From assembly GCA_042408215.1 (NCBI GenBank), contig JAYFMW010000028.1, forward strand, positions 96,001-160,000: a stretch of DNA of 64,000 bases. Direction: 5' to 3'. Below, piece by piece: positions 27,849-38,512 of the stretch. This DNA comes from Microcoleus sp. (GTDB taxonomy: Bacteria; Cyanobacteriota; Cyanobacteriia; Cyanobacteriales; Microcoleaceae). The stretch's first letter is position 1; each line of letters begins with the position of its first letter. Position numbers and translations under genes: made by a program. A model generated the notes under the pieces. The model was not told the DNA's origin and made no database searches. It saw only the letters and a list, made by a program, of their open reading frames with translations.

Positions 27849-29486
27849 TTACAAATTACAACTCAGATCCCCAGATTGTTGACTGAAACGCGCATTTTCC
27901 CGGTAGTCAACCGGACAGTCAATCACGCAAGGTACATCTTGAGCAAGGGCTTCTTTCAGGATAGGAATTAAATCAGTTGCAGCTTCCACACGATAGCCTT
28001 TTAAACCCATACTTTCGGCAAATTTCACAAAATCGGGATTGCCAAATTTGATGAAATCGGAATGACCAAATTGATCTTCTTGCTTCCATTCAATCAAACC
28101 GTAACCGCCGTCATTAAAGATCAGCGTCACAAAATTAGTACCGACTCGCAAAGCAGTTTCTAACTCTTGGCAATTCATCATAAAACCGCCGTCTCCCGTG
28201 GCTGCTACTACTTTGCGATCGGGATAAACCAGTTTTGCAGCCAACGCACCCGGAATTGCAATTCCCATCGCCGCAAAGCCGTTGGAAATTAAACAGGTAT
28301 TTGGGCGATCGCAATGATAGTGCCGCGCGATCCACATTTTGTGAGCTCCCACGTCAGATATCACAATATCATCAGGCCCCATCACCTGCCGCAAATCGTA
28401 AATGATTTTCTGTGGCTTAATTGGAAAACCATCATCCGCTGCATATTGTTCATAGCCCGCGCGAATATCTGCCCGCAATTGCTTAGCAAAAGGATCGGCT
28501 TTTCCGGTTCTATCCGCACGCTGTAAAATTTCATTGAGCGAATCAGAAATATCTCCCACAACTTCAACAAGAGGAATATAACTACTGTCGATTTCTGATG
28601 GCAAAGCTCCTATGTGAATAATTGGAATTTTGCCGTCAGGATTCCACTTTTTCGGGGAATATTCAATTAAATCGTAGCCAACAGCAATCACTAAATCCGT
28701 TTCTTCAAAAGCACAACTAATGTAATCCCGTTTTTGCAATCCCGTTGTCCAAAGTGCCAAAGGATGAGTGTAAGGAACTACACCTTTGCCCATGAAAGTA
28801 TTAGCTACTGGAATATTCAATCGAGTCGCAAATTCTGTCACCGCTTCGCTGGCATGAGCTCGGATCGCTCCATTTCCTATTAACAACAAAGGACTTTTTG
28901 CCTTGGAAATTGCGACAGCAGCTTTATTCAGACTTTGGTAAGCACCAAAAGTTTTTTCTCGGTTGTCTTTGGTGAGCGGATATCCTTCCACAGCCATTGC
29001 TGCGATGTTTTCGGGCAAGTCAATGTGAACTGCTCCCGGCTTTTCACTCTGAGCTACCTTAAAGGCTTTGCGGACAATTTCTGGCGTTGTACCGGGTCGA
29101 ACAATTTGAGCATTCCACTTAGTAACTGGAGCAAACATAGCCACCAAATCTAAATATTGGTGCGATTCTATGTGCATTCTGTCCGTGCCGACTTGTCCGG
29201 TAATTGCTACTAGAGGAGCGCCGTCTAAGTTGGCGTCAGCAACGCCTGTCATTAGGTTAGTTGCGCCGGGCCCCAAGGTGGACAAGCAAACGCCGGCTTT
29301 GCCGGTGAGGCGGCCGTAAACGTCGGCCATGAAAGCAGCGCCTTGTTCGTGGCGAGTAGTAATAAATTTAATTGAGGAGTTTCTTAGGGCTTCTAGAACT
29401 TCTAGATTTTCTTCGCCAGGGAGTCCAAAAACGTATTCGACGCCTTCGTTTTCTAAACATTTTACCAGTAGTTGAGCTGTGTTCAT
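27849..29486 (-). CDS. ThDP enzyme of acetolactate-synthase fold, probably 2-oxoglutarate decarboxylase
   Basis: RHEQGAAFMA, GDGGFMMN; directly downstream of SSADH. Confidence 0.85.
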   Translation of the reverse strand: MNTAQLLVKCLENEGVEYVFGLPGEENLEVLEALRNSSIKFITTRHEQGAAFMADVYGRLTGKAGVCLSTLGPGATNLMTGVADANLDGAPLVAITGQVGTDRMHIESHQYLDLVAMFAPVTKWNAQIVRPGTTPEIVRKAFKVAQSEKPGAVHIDLPENIAAMAVEGYPLTKDNREKTFGAYQSLNKAAVAISKAKSPLLLIGNGAIRAHASEAVTEFATRLNIPVANTFMGKGVVPYTHPLALWTTGLQKRDYISCAFEETDLVIAVGYDLIEYSPKKWNPDGKIPIIHIGALPSEIDSSYIPLVEVVGDISDSLNEILQRADRTGKADPFAKQLRADIRAGYEQYAADDGFPIKPQKIIYDLRQVMGPDDIVISDVGAHKMWIARHYHCDRPNTCLISNGFAAMGIAIPGALAAKLVYPDRKVVAATGDGGFMMNCQELETALRVGTNFVTLIFNDGGYGLIEWKQEDQFGHSDFIKFGNPDFVKFAESMGLKGYRVEAATDLIPILKEALAQDVPCVIDCPVDYRENARFSQQSGDLSCNL

Positions 29487-29577
29487 TTCCGTTTTTGTCC
29501 TAGGTAATTGGGAATTTGTTGTCTTGATCAACTTCTCGCAAAAATACTAACAGTCCTCGACGCAACTGTCACATCAT

Positions 29578-29641
29578 GTAGGGTGCGTCAGATGGTAAAA
29601 CCCTTATTTTTCGTACTAAACTGAAGACTGACGCACCCTAC
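29578..29641. repeat. REP-like inverted pair GTAGGGTGCGTCAG...CTGACGCACCCTAC
   Basis: Perfect 14-bp arms. Confidence 0.8.
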
Positions 29642-29701
29642 ATCGTCGTTAAAGTGTGTCATATTAATTTAGATTCTTGCCAGAAGTTGAGCGAGTTTTG
29701 T

Positions 29702-31069
29702 TTATTTTACCCACACTGTTTTAATGTTAACAAATTCGTGAATTCCTTGGATGCTCAATTCGCGACCGTAACCGGAGCGTTTGATGCCACCGAAGGGCAA
29801 TCTGGGGTCTGATTTTACTAAACCGTTGATGAATACTGCGCCGGCTTCTAGTTCGGAAATAAACCGATCGCCTTCTGAGCTTACTGTAGTCCAAGCTGTC
29901 GCGGCTAAACCAAAGGATGTACTGTTGGCTAATTCTATGGCTTCATCGATGTCTGCAACCCGAAATACTAAGGCTACGGGCCCGAAAAATTCTTGTTGGC
30001 GCGCCGCAGCATCCAGGGGAATATCTGTCAAAATAGTTGGCAAGTAGAAGTTACCGCCATTCTCTGACAAAGGGCGGCCGCCTGTCAAAAGTTTTGCTCC
30101 TGACTGAATGCAAGCTTGCACTTGATTGTCCAATTCTTTGAGGATTTCGGGAGTAGCTAAAGGGCCGATATCGGTTTCTGGTAACATCGGATCGCCTACT
30201 TTTAATTCCTCGAATTTTTCGACAAATCCTTTGATGAATTCCTCGGCGATTTCTTCTGCTAAAATAAAGCGTTTAGCAGCTACGCAAGTTTGGCCGTTAT
30301 TGATCATCCGCGATGTTACAGCAGTTGATAAAGCTGCTGGTAAATCGGCGCTAGACATGACAATATATGGGTCACTTCCTCCCAATTCCAGCACAACTTT
30401 TTTCAAACTTTTGCCCGCATTTGCTGCTAAACTTTCACCAGCCGGTTCGCTACCGGTGAGAGTTGCTGCTTTGATGCGATCGTCCGTAACTATCTTAGCT
30501 ACTTTGTCGGCTCCCACTAACAATGTCTGAAAAACGCCCTCTGGAAATCCCGCTTCCGTGAAAATTTCCTCTATTTTCAAAGCGCACTGCGGCACATTAG
30601 AAGCGTGTTTGAGCAAGCCTACATTGCCCGCCATCAGCGCCGGTGCCGCAAACCGAAAAACTTGCCAAAATGGGAAATTCCAGGGCATGACGGCTAAAAT
30701 AGCGCCCAATGGTTGGTAACGGACAAAGCTGCTGCTAGCGTCGGTGGTGACTGGTACGTCTGCCATAAATATAGCGGCATTTTTGGCGTAGTAGCGACAA
30801 ACTAAGGCGCATTTTTCGACTTCGCCGATCGCAGATTTGAGGGTTTTCCCCATTTCCAAAGTCATCATTTCAGCGTAAATTTCGCGATCGCGCTCCAAGA
30901 TATCCGCAGCTTTTTGCATCCACAGAGCTCGCTGCTCAAAAGGCAAGCGACGGTATTTATTAAAAGCTTGCTGTGCTAACTCCAGCTTAGTTTCTATTTC
31001 CGCATCTGTGAGCGGATAAAAAGTTTTCAGCGTTTCTCCCGTTGTCGGGTTAATAGTAGCAATAGCCAT
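29702..31069 (-). CDS. gabD: Succinate-semialdehyde dehydrogenase
   Basis: PWNFP, LTGS, LELGGSDP, NGQTCV, EFFGP, PFGGIKRSGYGRE. Confidence 0.9.
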   Translation of the reverse strand: MAIATINPTTGETLKTFYPLTDAEIETKLELAQQAFNKYRRLPFEQRALWMQKAADILERDREIYAEMMTLEMGKTLKSAIGEVEKCALVCRYYAKNAAIFMADVPVTTDASSSFVRYQPLGAILAVMPWNFPFWQVFRFAAPALMAGNVGLLKHASNVPQCALKIEEIFTEAGFPEGVFQTLLVGADKVAKIVTDDRIKAATLTGSEPAGESLAANAGKSLKKVVLELGGSDPYIVMSSADLPAALSTAVTSRMINNGQTCVAAKRFILAEEIAEEFIKGFVEKFEELKVGDPMLPETDIGPLATPEILKELDNQVQACIQSGAKLLTGGRPLSENGGNFYLPTILTDIPLDAAARQQEFFGPVALVFRVADIDEAIELANSTSFGLAATAWTTVSSEGDRFISELEAGAVFINGLVKSDPRLPFGGIKRSGYGRELSIQGIHEFVNIKTVWVK

Positions 31070-31555
31070 TGTTTTATCTCCTGTATGAAAAACGCAAAAC
31101 TCCCTTCTAGTTTTCAAGCTAGGCGGGGAGTTGTATCAATGTATTACAAAATGGGAATTTGCCAGCCACATTTTCATGTCTTGCCAATTTGCAAGTGCCA
31201 GGATTTTCTTAAAACTGTCCATTTTTTATTATAGTGCAAGATCTCGATCGCAAATCTTAAGAAAATTAGCTTTTCAAACTGATGTCGATCGCGAAATACG
31301 ATCGGAGAATGCAGTGCGATCGCATCCTGGGTAACGCACGATCGGGTTGTGGGCTGGAAGACTTCGCACCTTGGCGGCTGGTTGAATCGAGGCAAGATAC
31401 TCGCATCCTCGCTACCGCAAAACCCGATGTCAGCTAAATATTGGCTGAAGTCCTTCTCTAATTTCCGGATGGCTGGTGTGGCTCGCTGAAAATATCATCT
31501 AACAGCAAAAAAGTATCATTTGCCACATCGTCCAAACAAGACAGCGAGGTTAAGC

Positions 31556-31894
31556 GTGAAACAGATTGTTAAATTTTGCCTGGAAAGCGGCGACTCCATT
31601 TTTGTGGAGGTAGATAAGCCAGCACCAACTGACGATCGCATCGGTCTTCGCGATGAACTCACTCAAATAGCACAACAGACTTTCGAGTCTGCCCTCGAAA
31701 AAATCAAGCCCCTAACGAATGCCATTATGACCAAGGTGCGTAGTCTGAACGATCCAGCCGATGAAGTGGAAGTCAAATTTGGTATCAAAATGAGTGCTGA
31801 ACTGGGCGCGGTTATTGCTTCTGGCAATGGTGAAGTCAACTATGAAATTACGCTGAAGTGGCAAAGGAAGTCACAAGATGACAGCAGCACTTGA
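31556..31894 (+). CDS. Trypsin co-occurring domain protein (Trypco1/CU044_2847-like)
   Basis: ADEVEVKFGIKMSAELGAVIAS...NYEITLKW; overlaps the trypsin gene. Confidence 0.8.
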   Translation: MKQIVKFCLESGDSIFVEVDKPAPTDDRIGLRDELTQIAQQTFESALEKIKPLTNAIMTKVRSLNDPADEVEVKFGIKMSAELGAVIASGNGEVNYEITLKWQRKSQDDSST

Positions 31895-33102
31895 TTCATC
31901 GCTGGTCAGAATTTATTCAAATGGGGGAAATGTTGTTGGTGCTGGCTTCTTAGTTTCCCAACAGCGCATCCTCACCTGCGCCCATGTGATAGCCGATGCT
32001 TTGGGAATTGACAGAAAAACTGCCGAGATGCCCCGATCAAAAAGTCAGGTTGGACTTCCCGCTCCTGGCACCAAAACAGTTCCTCACAGCTAGGGTAATT
32101 TTCTGGCGACCGGTTAATCCGGATGAGTTTGCAGAAGATATTGCTGGATTGGAGTTAGAAACTCCTGCCCCAAACGATGCAAGACCTGCTCAATGGGTCA
32201 AATCAGACAACTTGTGGGAGCATCGTTTCCGAGTTTTGGGTTTTCCAGATGGTAAACCTAATGGAGTTTGGGCTTCTGGCAGGTTATGCGGCAAATTAGC
32301 TAATGGTTGGGTGCAGCTTGAAGGTGTAAAACAAGAGGGTTATAGATTAGAACCTGGTTTTAGTGGTGCGCCGATATGGGATGAGGAGCTACAGGGTGTA
32401 GCAGGAATGGCAGTAGCAAATGAAACAAGACGGCCCGAAACCAGAGCTGCCTTTTTTATTCCCGCGAACGTACTAATTGAAGCTTGGCCTGAGTTGGGGG
32501 AACAAGCCATTCCCCCTTGTTCTCCAATACCCGTAACACCAGAACAATTTTTACGCTCAAAAATTTACCAGAGTATTAAGCAGCCAGGGGCATTAATCTG
32601 TGTGAAAACTTCCCAACAAACGGACATAATCTATTTAATAGCAAAGAAAATTATCTCTGAGGAAACTCCGAAAGACTATCAAGCAGTATCCGTGAACTTT
32701 AAGTTGGCAAACAGAGATGTGTTCACCAGCCCGGAGAAGTTATTGCAGTGGTTCTGTAGGCAAGTTAGCTCGGAACTTAATCTACAAAATACAGTAGCTG
32801 AGTTTTGGCAGGGAGGAATACCGGGCAATATCAAATGTACGAAATACTTTGAAAAATACCTGTTACCGGAAATCAAAACTACCCTGGTTGTAGTCTTGTA
32901 TAACGTGGAGTTGATTCTTACACATCAAGCGATCGCAGACAACTTTTTTGGATTGCTGCGATCTTGGCATGAAAGCTACGCGAACGAGGATAGTTGGAAA
33001 AAACTGCGGTTTGTGATTGTCCATTCTCAAGATATCATAACCAATCCGCCGTTAAATGTAGCAGTCTTCATTGACTTTCCAGATCCAGCAGGGGGACAAT
33101 AA
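31878..33102 (+). pseudogene. Trypsin-like protease + degenerate AAA_35 domain, +1 frameshift at the C4 run 32031-32034
   Basis: GAGFLV, TCAHV in frame 1; EDIAGL, PGFSGAP in frame 2; removing one C gives ...TAEMPDQKVRLDFP. Confidence 0.8.
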
Positions 33103-33166
33103 TGTTTTACCTCTGCATGATTTGTATCAACTGTATTTATTTTCACATTTATTGGAGGGTTAATTG

Positions 33167-35827
33167 ATGTACATAATTTCAGGAACTTTGCCCCTTAATT
33201 CCCCCACCTACGTCGAGCGAGAGGCAGATACAATGTTGTACGAAGCCTTGAGATCTGGGGAGTTTTGTTATGTTCTGAACTCGCGACAAACGGGTAAATC
33301 CAGTTTGAAGGTGAGAACAATGCAAAAGTTGAGAATAGAAGGATTTGTTTGTATTGATATTGACCTTAATCAGATCGGCGCGGATATCTCCATAGAAGAA
33401 TGGTATGTAGGGGTTATTGATTGTCTGCTTTACCAGAGAAATCTCGGTCATTTTAATTTGGACGAATGGTGGAATAATCATAACTTACTGTCGCCGATGC
33501 AGCGATTGAGCAAATTTATTGAGGAGAAATTGCTTGAAAGTGTCCCCAATGAAAATATTGTCATTTTTGTAGATGAAATCGACTCTGTTCTCAGTCCCAG
33601 GCTGAAGGGCAAGCTAGATGATTTTTTTGCTCTGATCCGAAGTTTTTATAACCAACGGGCTGATAAGCCAGCATTCAACCGTATAACTTTCGTGCTGTTA
33701 GGGGTAGCCACTCCCTCAGATTTGATCGCCGATCCAAGACGCACGCCGTTTAATATTGGTACGCCGATTGAGCTTAAAGGCTTTGATATCGATGAAGCTA
33801 GAAGACCTTTGGCTCAGGGATTAAATGGGAGAGTTAGCAATCCCCAAGCGGTTCTGCAAGAAGTCTTAGCTTGGACGGGTGGGCAACCTTTTCTTACCCA
33901 AAAACTTTGCCAACTTATAACAAATGGTATGGAGGAATCAGGGGTAGAACAGTTGGTGCAACAGCGAATCGTCCAAAACTGGGAATCCCAGGATAACCCC
34001 CCACATTTGACGACGATACGAGATCGCATTGTTCCCGGTCGCGAATCCATTGTTCACACTCTCTCCAGTCTGCAAAGTGTCGAGGGATTACTAAAGCTAT
34101 ATGAGCAAATTTTAGATAATGATGAAATCCCTGCTGATAACAGTTATGAACAACAAGAATTGCTGTTATCAGGGTTGGTCGTTAAACAGGATGGTCAGTT
34201 AAGAGTTTACAATCGAATTTATCAGCTTATTTTTAATCATCAATGGTTGAAAAAGCAGCTAAAATGGGTTACAAATCAGATATCAAATCATACACTAAAT
34301 CAGCGACCTTACCAAAATGAAATAACGGAATGGAACGCTAATAATCGACACCCATCCAAACTGTTGCGTGGAAAAAGATTAAATGAGGCAGTTGCATGGT
34401 ATAAAGGTAGAAACTTACCCTCAGAAGACCATGATTTTATTATAGAAAGCCAACAATTGAAAGATGAAAGTAACAAGCGTAACTCTCGCTTAATGATTAT
34501 GGGATTTTTCGTGGCTGGGGGTTTATATATGTGGCATATCGATCAGGTGGATCAGAAGTTATTTAGCGAAGGTGAGCGTACTCTCTTTAAGGGCATTGAA
34601 AATACCAATCGCGATCGAGGTATTGAAGCTTTCAAAGTTAATAAGTATGCCGATGCTATTGATTTTTTTGGCAAAGGTATACAAGCTAATCCTACAGATC
34701 CAGAAGTACAAATCTATGCTAATAATGCCAAAGCCTTGTTGAAAAATAAGGAACTAGGAAACAAAGAAAAGGATAAATTAGTCACTCTCGCCGTAGTTTT
34801 ACCTCTCGATCCTAAAGACGAAATCGCTGCGGAAATCTTGCGAGGAGTGGCACAAGCACAAACAAGTTTCAACGAAAACTCGAAGGATAGATTCTTAAAA
34901 ATTAAGATCGCTAAAGATGACGATACTCCCGATCGAGCTAACAAAGTTGCTCAGAAGCTAATCAAAGACCCAAATATTATAGGAGTGATTGGACACAATA
35001 CCAGTAAAGTTACAGCATCTGTGCTAACTACTTATCAAAAAGCTGGTATAGCCATCATCTCCCCCACTAGCACAAGCACTTCACTGAAGAGTAACGTTTT
35101 TTTCAGAACCGTGCCGAACGACGAAAAAACTGCTAAAAAATTAGCGCTTTATGCCATAGAAAACAAATACAACCAAGTTGGTATTGCCAATAACCCTAAT
35201 AGTCCATATAGCAGTAGCATAACGACAGCGTTTCAAAAATCTTTTGAAGACAAAAACCAAGGTCGATCGGTTGTCGGAGATCCGATTAATTTAGGCTATC
35301 CTGCACTGGATGCTTCTGGCGTAGTTTCAAAAATGTATGATAATCAAGTTAAGGCATTTGTATTGTTGCCAGACACAGAGACCATTTCTGTGGTTAATGA
35401 AATTGCCAGCGCCCAAAAAAGGCTAAGCCAGAATGGAGCTAAAAAGCTACCCCTACTGGGAGCTGATGCTTTGTACAATCCAAAGATTTTCGAGGCCGGA
35501 GATGCTGTTGAAGGTTTGGTTTTAGCTGTACCTTGGTTTGCAGAAGAACCAAATTCAAAAAATTTTGCTAAAGAAGCTGAGAAAAGATGGAAAGGGCGCG
35601 TTAGCTGGCGCACCGCGGCTAGTTATGATGCAACTCAAGCTTTTATTAAAGCTCTACCTGTGGATCAGAAACCCACTCGCACGAAGATATTGGAAACTCT
35701 CCAAGAGCGTAATTTTTCACAAAATGAATCTTCAGGAAATCCAATCCGCTTTTCTAACGGTGAACGCCAAGGTCAAGAACCAGTTCTTGTCAACGTAGTT
35801 AAAGGTAAATTTGAGCTGGTGAAATAG
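33167..35827 (+). CDS. AAA_35 NTPase + TM + TPR-like + type-1 periplasmic (LIV-BP-like) ligand-binding domain
   Basis: YVEREAD, NSRQTGKSS, IFVDEID, RTPFNIG, WTGGQPFLTQ; GVIGHNTS, ISPTSTS, FFRTVP, SYDAT. Confidence 0.85.
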   Translation: MYIISGTLPLNSPTYVEREADTMLYEALRSGEFCYVLNSRQTGKSSLKVRTMQKLRIEGFVCIDIDLNQIGADISIEEWYVGVIDCLLYQRNLGHFNLDEWWNNHNLLSPMQRLSKFIEEKLLESVPNENIVIFVDEIDSVLSPRLKGKLDDFFALIRSFYNQRADKPAFNRITFVLLGVATPSDLIADPRRTPFNIGTPIELKGFDIDEARRPLAQGLNGRVSNPQAVLQEVLAWTGGQPFLTQKLCQLITNGMEESGVEQLVQQRIVQNWESQDNPPHLTTIRDRIVPGRESIVHTLSSLQSVEGLLKLYEQILDNDEIPADNSYEQQELLLSGLVVKQDGQLRVYNRIYQLIFNHQWLKKQLKWVTNQISNHTLNQRPYQNEITEWNANNRHPSKLLRGKRLNEAVAWYKGRNLPSEDHDFIIESQQLKDESNKRNSRLMIMGFFVAGGLYMWHIDQVDQKLFSEGERTLFKGIENTNRDRGIEAFKVNKYADAIDFFGKGIQANPTDPEVQIYANNAKALLKNKELGNKEKDKLVTLAVVLPLDPKDEIAAEILRGVAQAQTSFNENSKDRFLKIKIAKDDDTPDRANKVAQKLIKDPNIIGVIGHNTSKVTASVLTTYQKAGIAIISPTSTSTSLKSNVFFRTVPNDEKTAKKLALYAIENKYNQVGIANNPNSPYSSSITTAFQKSFEDKNQGRSVVGDPINLGYPALDASGVVSKMYDNQVKAFVLLPDTETISVVNEIASAQKRLSQNGAKKLPLLGADALYNPKIFEAGDAVEGLVLAVPWFAEEPNSKNFAKEAEKRWKGRVSWRTAASYDATQAFIKALPVDQKPTRTKILETLQERNFSQNESSGNPIRFSNGERQGQEPVLVNVVKGKFELVK

Positions 35828-35879
35828 TAAAAAACTAAAGCAATTATCAAAAACTTGGAAGCAAATCCCTAGTATAGCC

Positions 35880-36016
35880 GTAGGGTGCGTCGCCATCAAA
35901 AATCCCAAAAAAGAGGGAAAATCTCGCAGCGACGCACCTTGCAAGAATTAGGCATAAGGTGCGTCGCCACCAAGAATCCCAAAAAAAAGCGAAAATCTCG
36001 CAGCGACGCACCCTAC
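35880..36016. repeat. Duplicated REP-like hairpins (GGTGCGTCGC...GCGACGCACC x2)
   Basis: Two near-identical units between convergent genes. Confidence 0.8.
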
Positions 36017-36037
36017 GATAATCAGCCCTCCCCTCCC

Positions 36038-38362
36038 TCAAACTGATTTTTCCTCGATGTAATTCTGAACATAAGACTGATAGGAATACCGGCTGCCTTT
36101 ATCGTTATTTGCCACCATTCCCAACAGCGGAATTCCGGCCATTTTCAAATCTTCAAAAGCCAACAATAGCGCCTCTCGTTCAGTTTGATTCAGCCCCACT
36201 ACCAAGATCAATCCATTAGTGTGAGCCGCCAACAAATTCGCATCTGCCAAACCCAAAAGCGGCGCAGTATCGTAAATAACTAAATCAAAATGACTTGACA
36301 AAGCTGCCATTAAATGCTGCATTTTTCGGGAAGAAAGCACCTTTGTTGGATCGGGAGGAACTGGCCCTGATGTTAACACAAATAGGTTTTCATCGCGGGG
36401 CGATCGCAAAATCAACTGTTCCACATCCAAATCATCCGCGATCGCATTGTGCAAACCTTGCCAATTCGGTAAACCCAGCATTTCGTGAACCTGCGGGCGT
36501 CGCAAATCCGCATCCACCAACAGCACCTGCTGGCCCATTGCAGCCGCCGCCCGCGCCAGATTTACCGCTACAGTAGACTTGCCGTCAGCTACTTGACAAG
36601 AAGTAATTACACAAGAATTGATCGGAGTATCAACGTTTAGTAAGCGAATATTAGCATTGAGCGATCGAAAAGCCTCTTGAAAAGCATCCGTCGGCATTTG
36701 CGAACTTCCCACATCCAGAGTAACCGTCTCCGCAGGAGTCAGCCTCAAAATTTTATCGCTAGCAGGAATTACCCCCAACAAAGGCAGCCGAATCGAATGT
36801 TTGACTTCCTCTGGAGTCTGGAAAACCTGATCGTTATTAAACCGTTGGGCCAACTGCGCCACCAGGGCACCAAAAACCAAACCAAGCAATCCACCCAAAG
36901 CCAAATTCAAAGGCATAATCGGAGCAACCGCCATCAACTCCCCATTGCGATAACGCGGAATTTCCGGCTTAGCAATCACCTCCCAAGCCACCTCTTTTTT
37001 ACCCACAGCCTCAAGCTGCAAAGCCTGTTGTTTAGCCAGCAAATTCTTCAGCGTATTATTAGTCAAATCCGCCTCCCGCTGCAAATCCGAATAGCGCCGC
37101 AAAATCACCGGAAATCCTTGAGAGTATTGATTCAACTGCTGAGCAGCTTGTTCCAAAACTTGATTTCTCACTCCCAAAACCTGAATGGAATTAGCAGTAC
37201 CTATAAACTGCTCAATCAACTTAATCCGAACCGGATCTTGAAAAGCCAGCACTTTTGAATTTACCTTAGCTAAATCTGTTCCCAGAACTTGTGTAGCTTC
37301 CTTTTTCAACAAAGGTATGAGATTCTTGCGCTGTTCCCGCAACAATTCCATTTGTGGAGTTTGATCTGTAAAAGTAGCTGAATTAATCGCAATTTGTCCT
37401 TCTAATTGCTGCAATTGAGTCAGCATTCCTTGATAACGAGGAGCTTGACTCAGAGACGAAGCCATCAGCGCTTGTTGCTGGTTAAGTCCTAGCTGATTTT
37501 GCAGATTAACATAGAGCAATCTCTGCTGATTTAGTTGCGTTTGAGCATCCAATCTTTGCGCTTGAATTTGACTAATTTGCTGCGCTAGTTGTTGGGTTTG
37601 AATTTGCGGATCGATGAAATTATACTGCTGCCGCAACTTTTGAATTTCTGTTTGAATAGCTTGTTGGCGCTTTTGCTGGTTCGGAATTTTCGATTTCACA
37701 AAATCCAGACTCTGGCTAATTTGAGTTCTGGTATCTTGCAGGCTGTAGTTGCGGTAGCCGATGGCAACTTTTTCCAAAACAAATTGAATCTTTTTTGGGT
37801 CACTATCCCGATAGCGAACTTCGAGAATTTTGGTATTTTTGAAGCGATTAATTGACAGCCTCGTTGGCTGAGTAAATGGCAAATTATCTGGTTTCTGGTT
37901 CAAAAGGTAGTTGTAATTTATTTCGGGATATTTAGCCCGCAACTGTTTAATAATTGGCGACATTACCTGGGGACTTTGCAAAACCTGAATTTGCGACTCG
38001 TAGTCAAAAACAGGATTTTCTGGCGTCGCTGGGGCTGGTTGCAGTTTCAGTTCACCGGAATATATTTTTGCTAAAGTATTTTGTGTTACCGGGGATTCTA
38101 CTAATAACTGAAAGCGCCCTTCGTACTCGCTTTTTTGATTGAGCGTCCAGCTAAAAACTCCTGTGGTGACAGCGGCTGCTACGCCGATCGCTAAGATCGA
38201 TCGACTGCGGCAAACTTCCCAAAAACTTAACTCTTCTGCCTCGGTTTTTTGGGGTTCTAAAAATTCATCATCTTGATAAAGCACGGAAGATATTTGTCGC
38301 TGTCCTGCTGCTTTTTGATTTTTCTTAAACAGTGATATCTGAGATTTTTTTACTGGTTTCAT
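36038..38362 (-). CDS. wzc: Wzc/GumC polysaccharide co-polymerase tyrosine kinase
   Basis: Two TMs, coiled coil, EAFRSL, DGKST, DADLRRP, DTAP, Tyr-rich tail. Confidence 0.88.
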   Translation of the reverse strand: MKPVKKSQISLFKKNQKAAGQRQISSVLYQDDEFLEPQKTEAEELSFWEVCRSRSILAIGVAAAVTTGVFSWTLNQKSEYEGRFQLLVESPVTQNTLAKIYSGELKLQPAPATPENPVFDYESQIQVLQSPQVMSPIIKQLRAKYPEINYNYLLNQKPDNLPFTQPTRLSINRFKNTKILEVRYRDSDPKKIQFVLEKVAIGYRNYSLQDTRTQISQSLDFVKSKIPNQQKRQQAIQTEIQKLRQQYNFIDPQIQTQQLAQQISQIQAQRLDAQTQLNQQRLLYVNLQNQLGLNQQQALMASSLSQAPRYQGMLTQLQQLEGQIAINSATFTDQTPQMELLREQRKNLIPLLKKEATQVLGTDLAKVNSKVLAFQDPVRIKLIEQFIGTANSIQVLGVRNQVLEQAAQQLNQYSQGFPVILRRYSDLQREADLTNNTLKNLLAKQQALQLEAVGKKEVAWEVIAKPEIPRYRNGELMAVAPIMPLNLALGGLLGLVFGALVAQLAQRFNNDQVFQTPEEVKHSIRLPLLGVIPASDKILRLTPAETVTLDVGSSQMPTDAFQEAFRSLNANIRLLNVDTPINSCVITSCQVADGKSTVAVNLARAAAAMGQQVLLVDADLRRPQVHEMLGLPNWQGLHNAIADDLDVEQLILRSPRDENLFVLTSGPVPPDPTKVLSSRKMQHLMAALSSHFDLVIYDTAPLLGLADANLLAAHTNGLILVVGLNQTEREALLLAFEDLKMAGIPLLGMVANNDKGSRYSYQSYVQNYIEEKSV

Positions 38363-38512
38363 TTTATCCTACAACTTCTCAATTTAAACGTCTGTACGGC
38401 AGTGCTAGTCTATTAGTTTCATCAACCCGGTTTCTGACTATATATCTCGTTACCAAACTTGAATTATTTGTAGAAACCGGGTTGATGAGACCTTAGTGCT
38501 AGTCTATTCAAC

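Noticed and set aside
31133..31147. NtcA site upstream of gabD
   Set aside because: GTA-N9-TAC spacing, not N8
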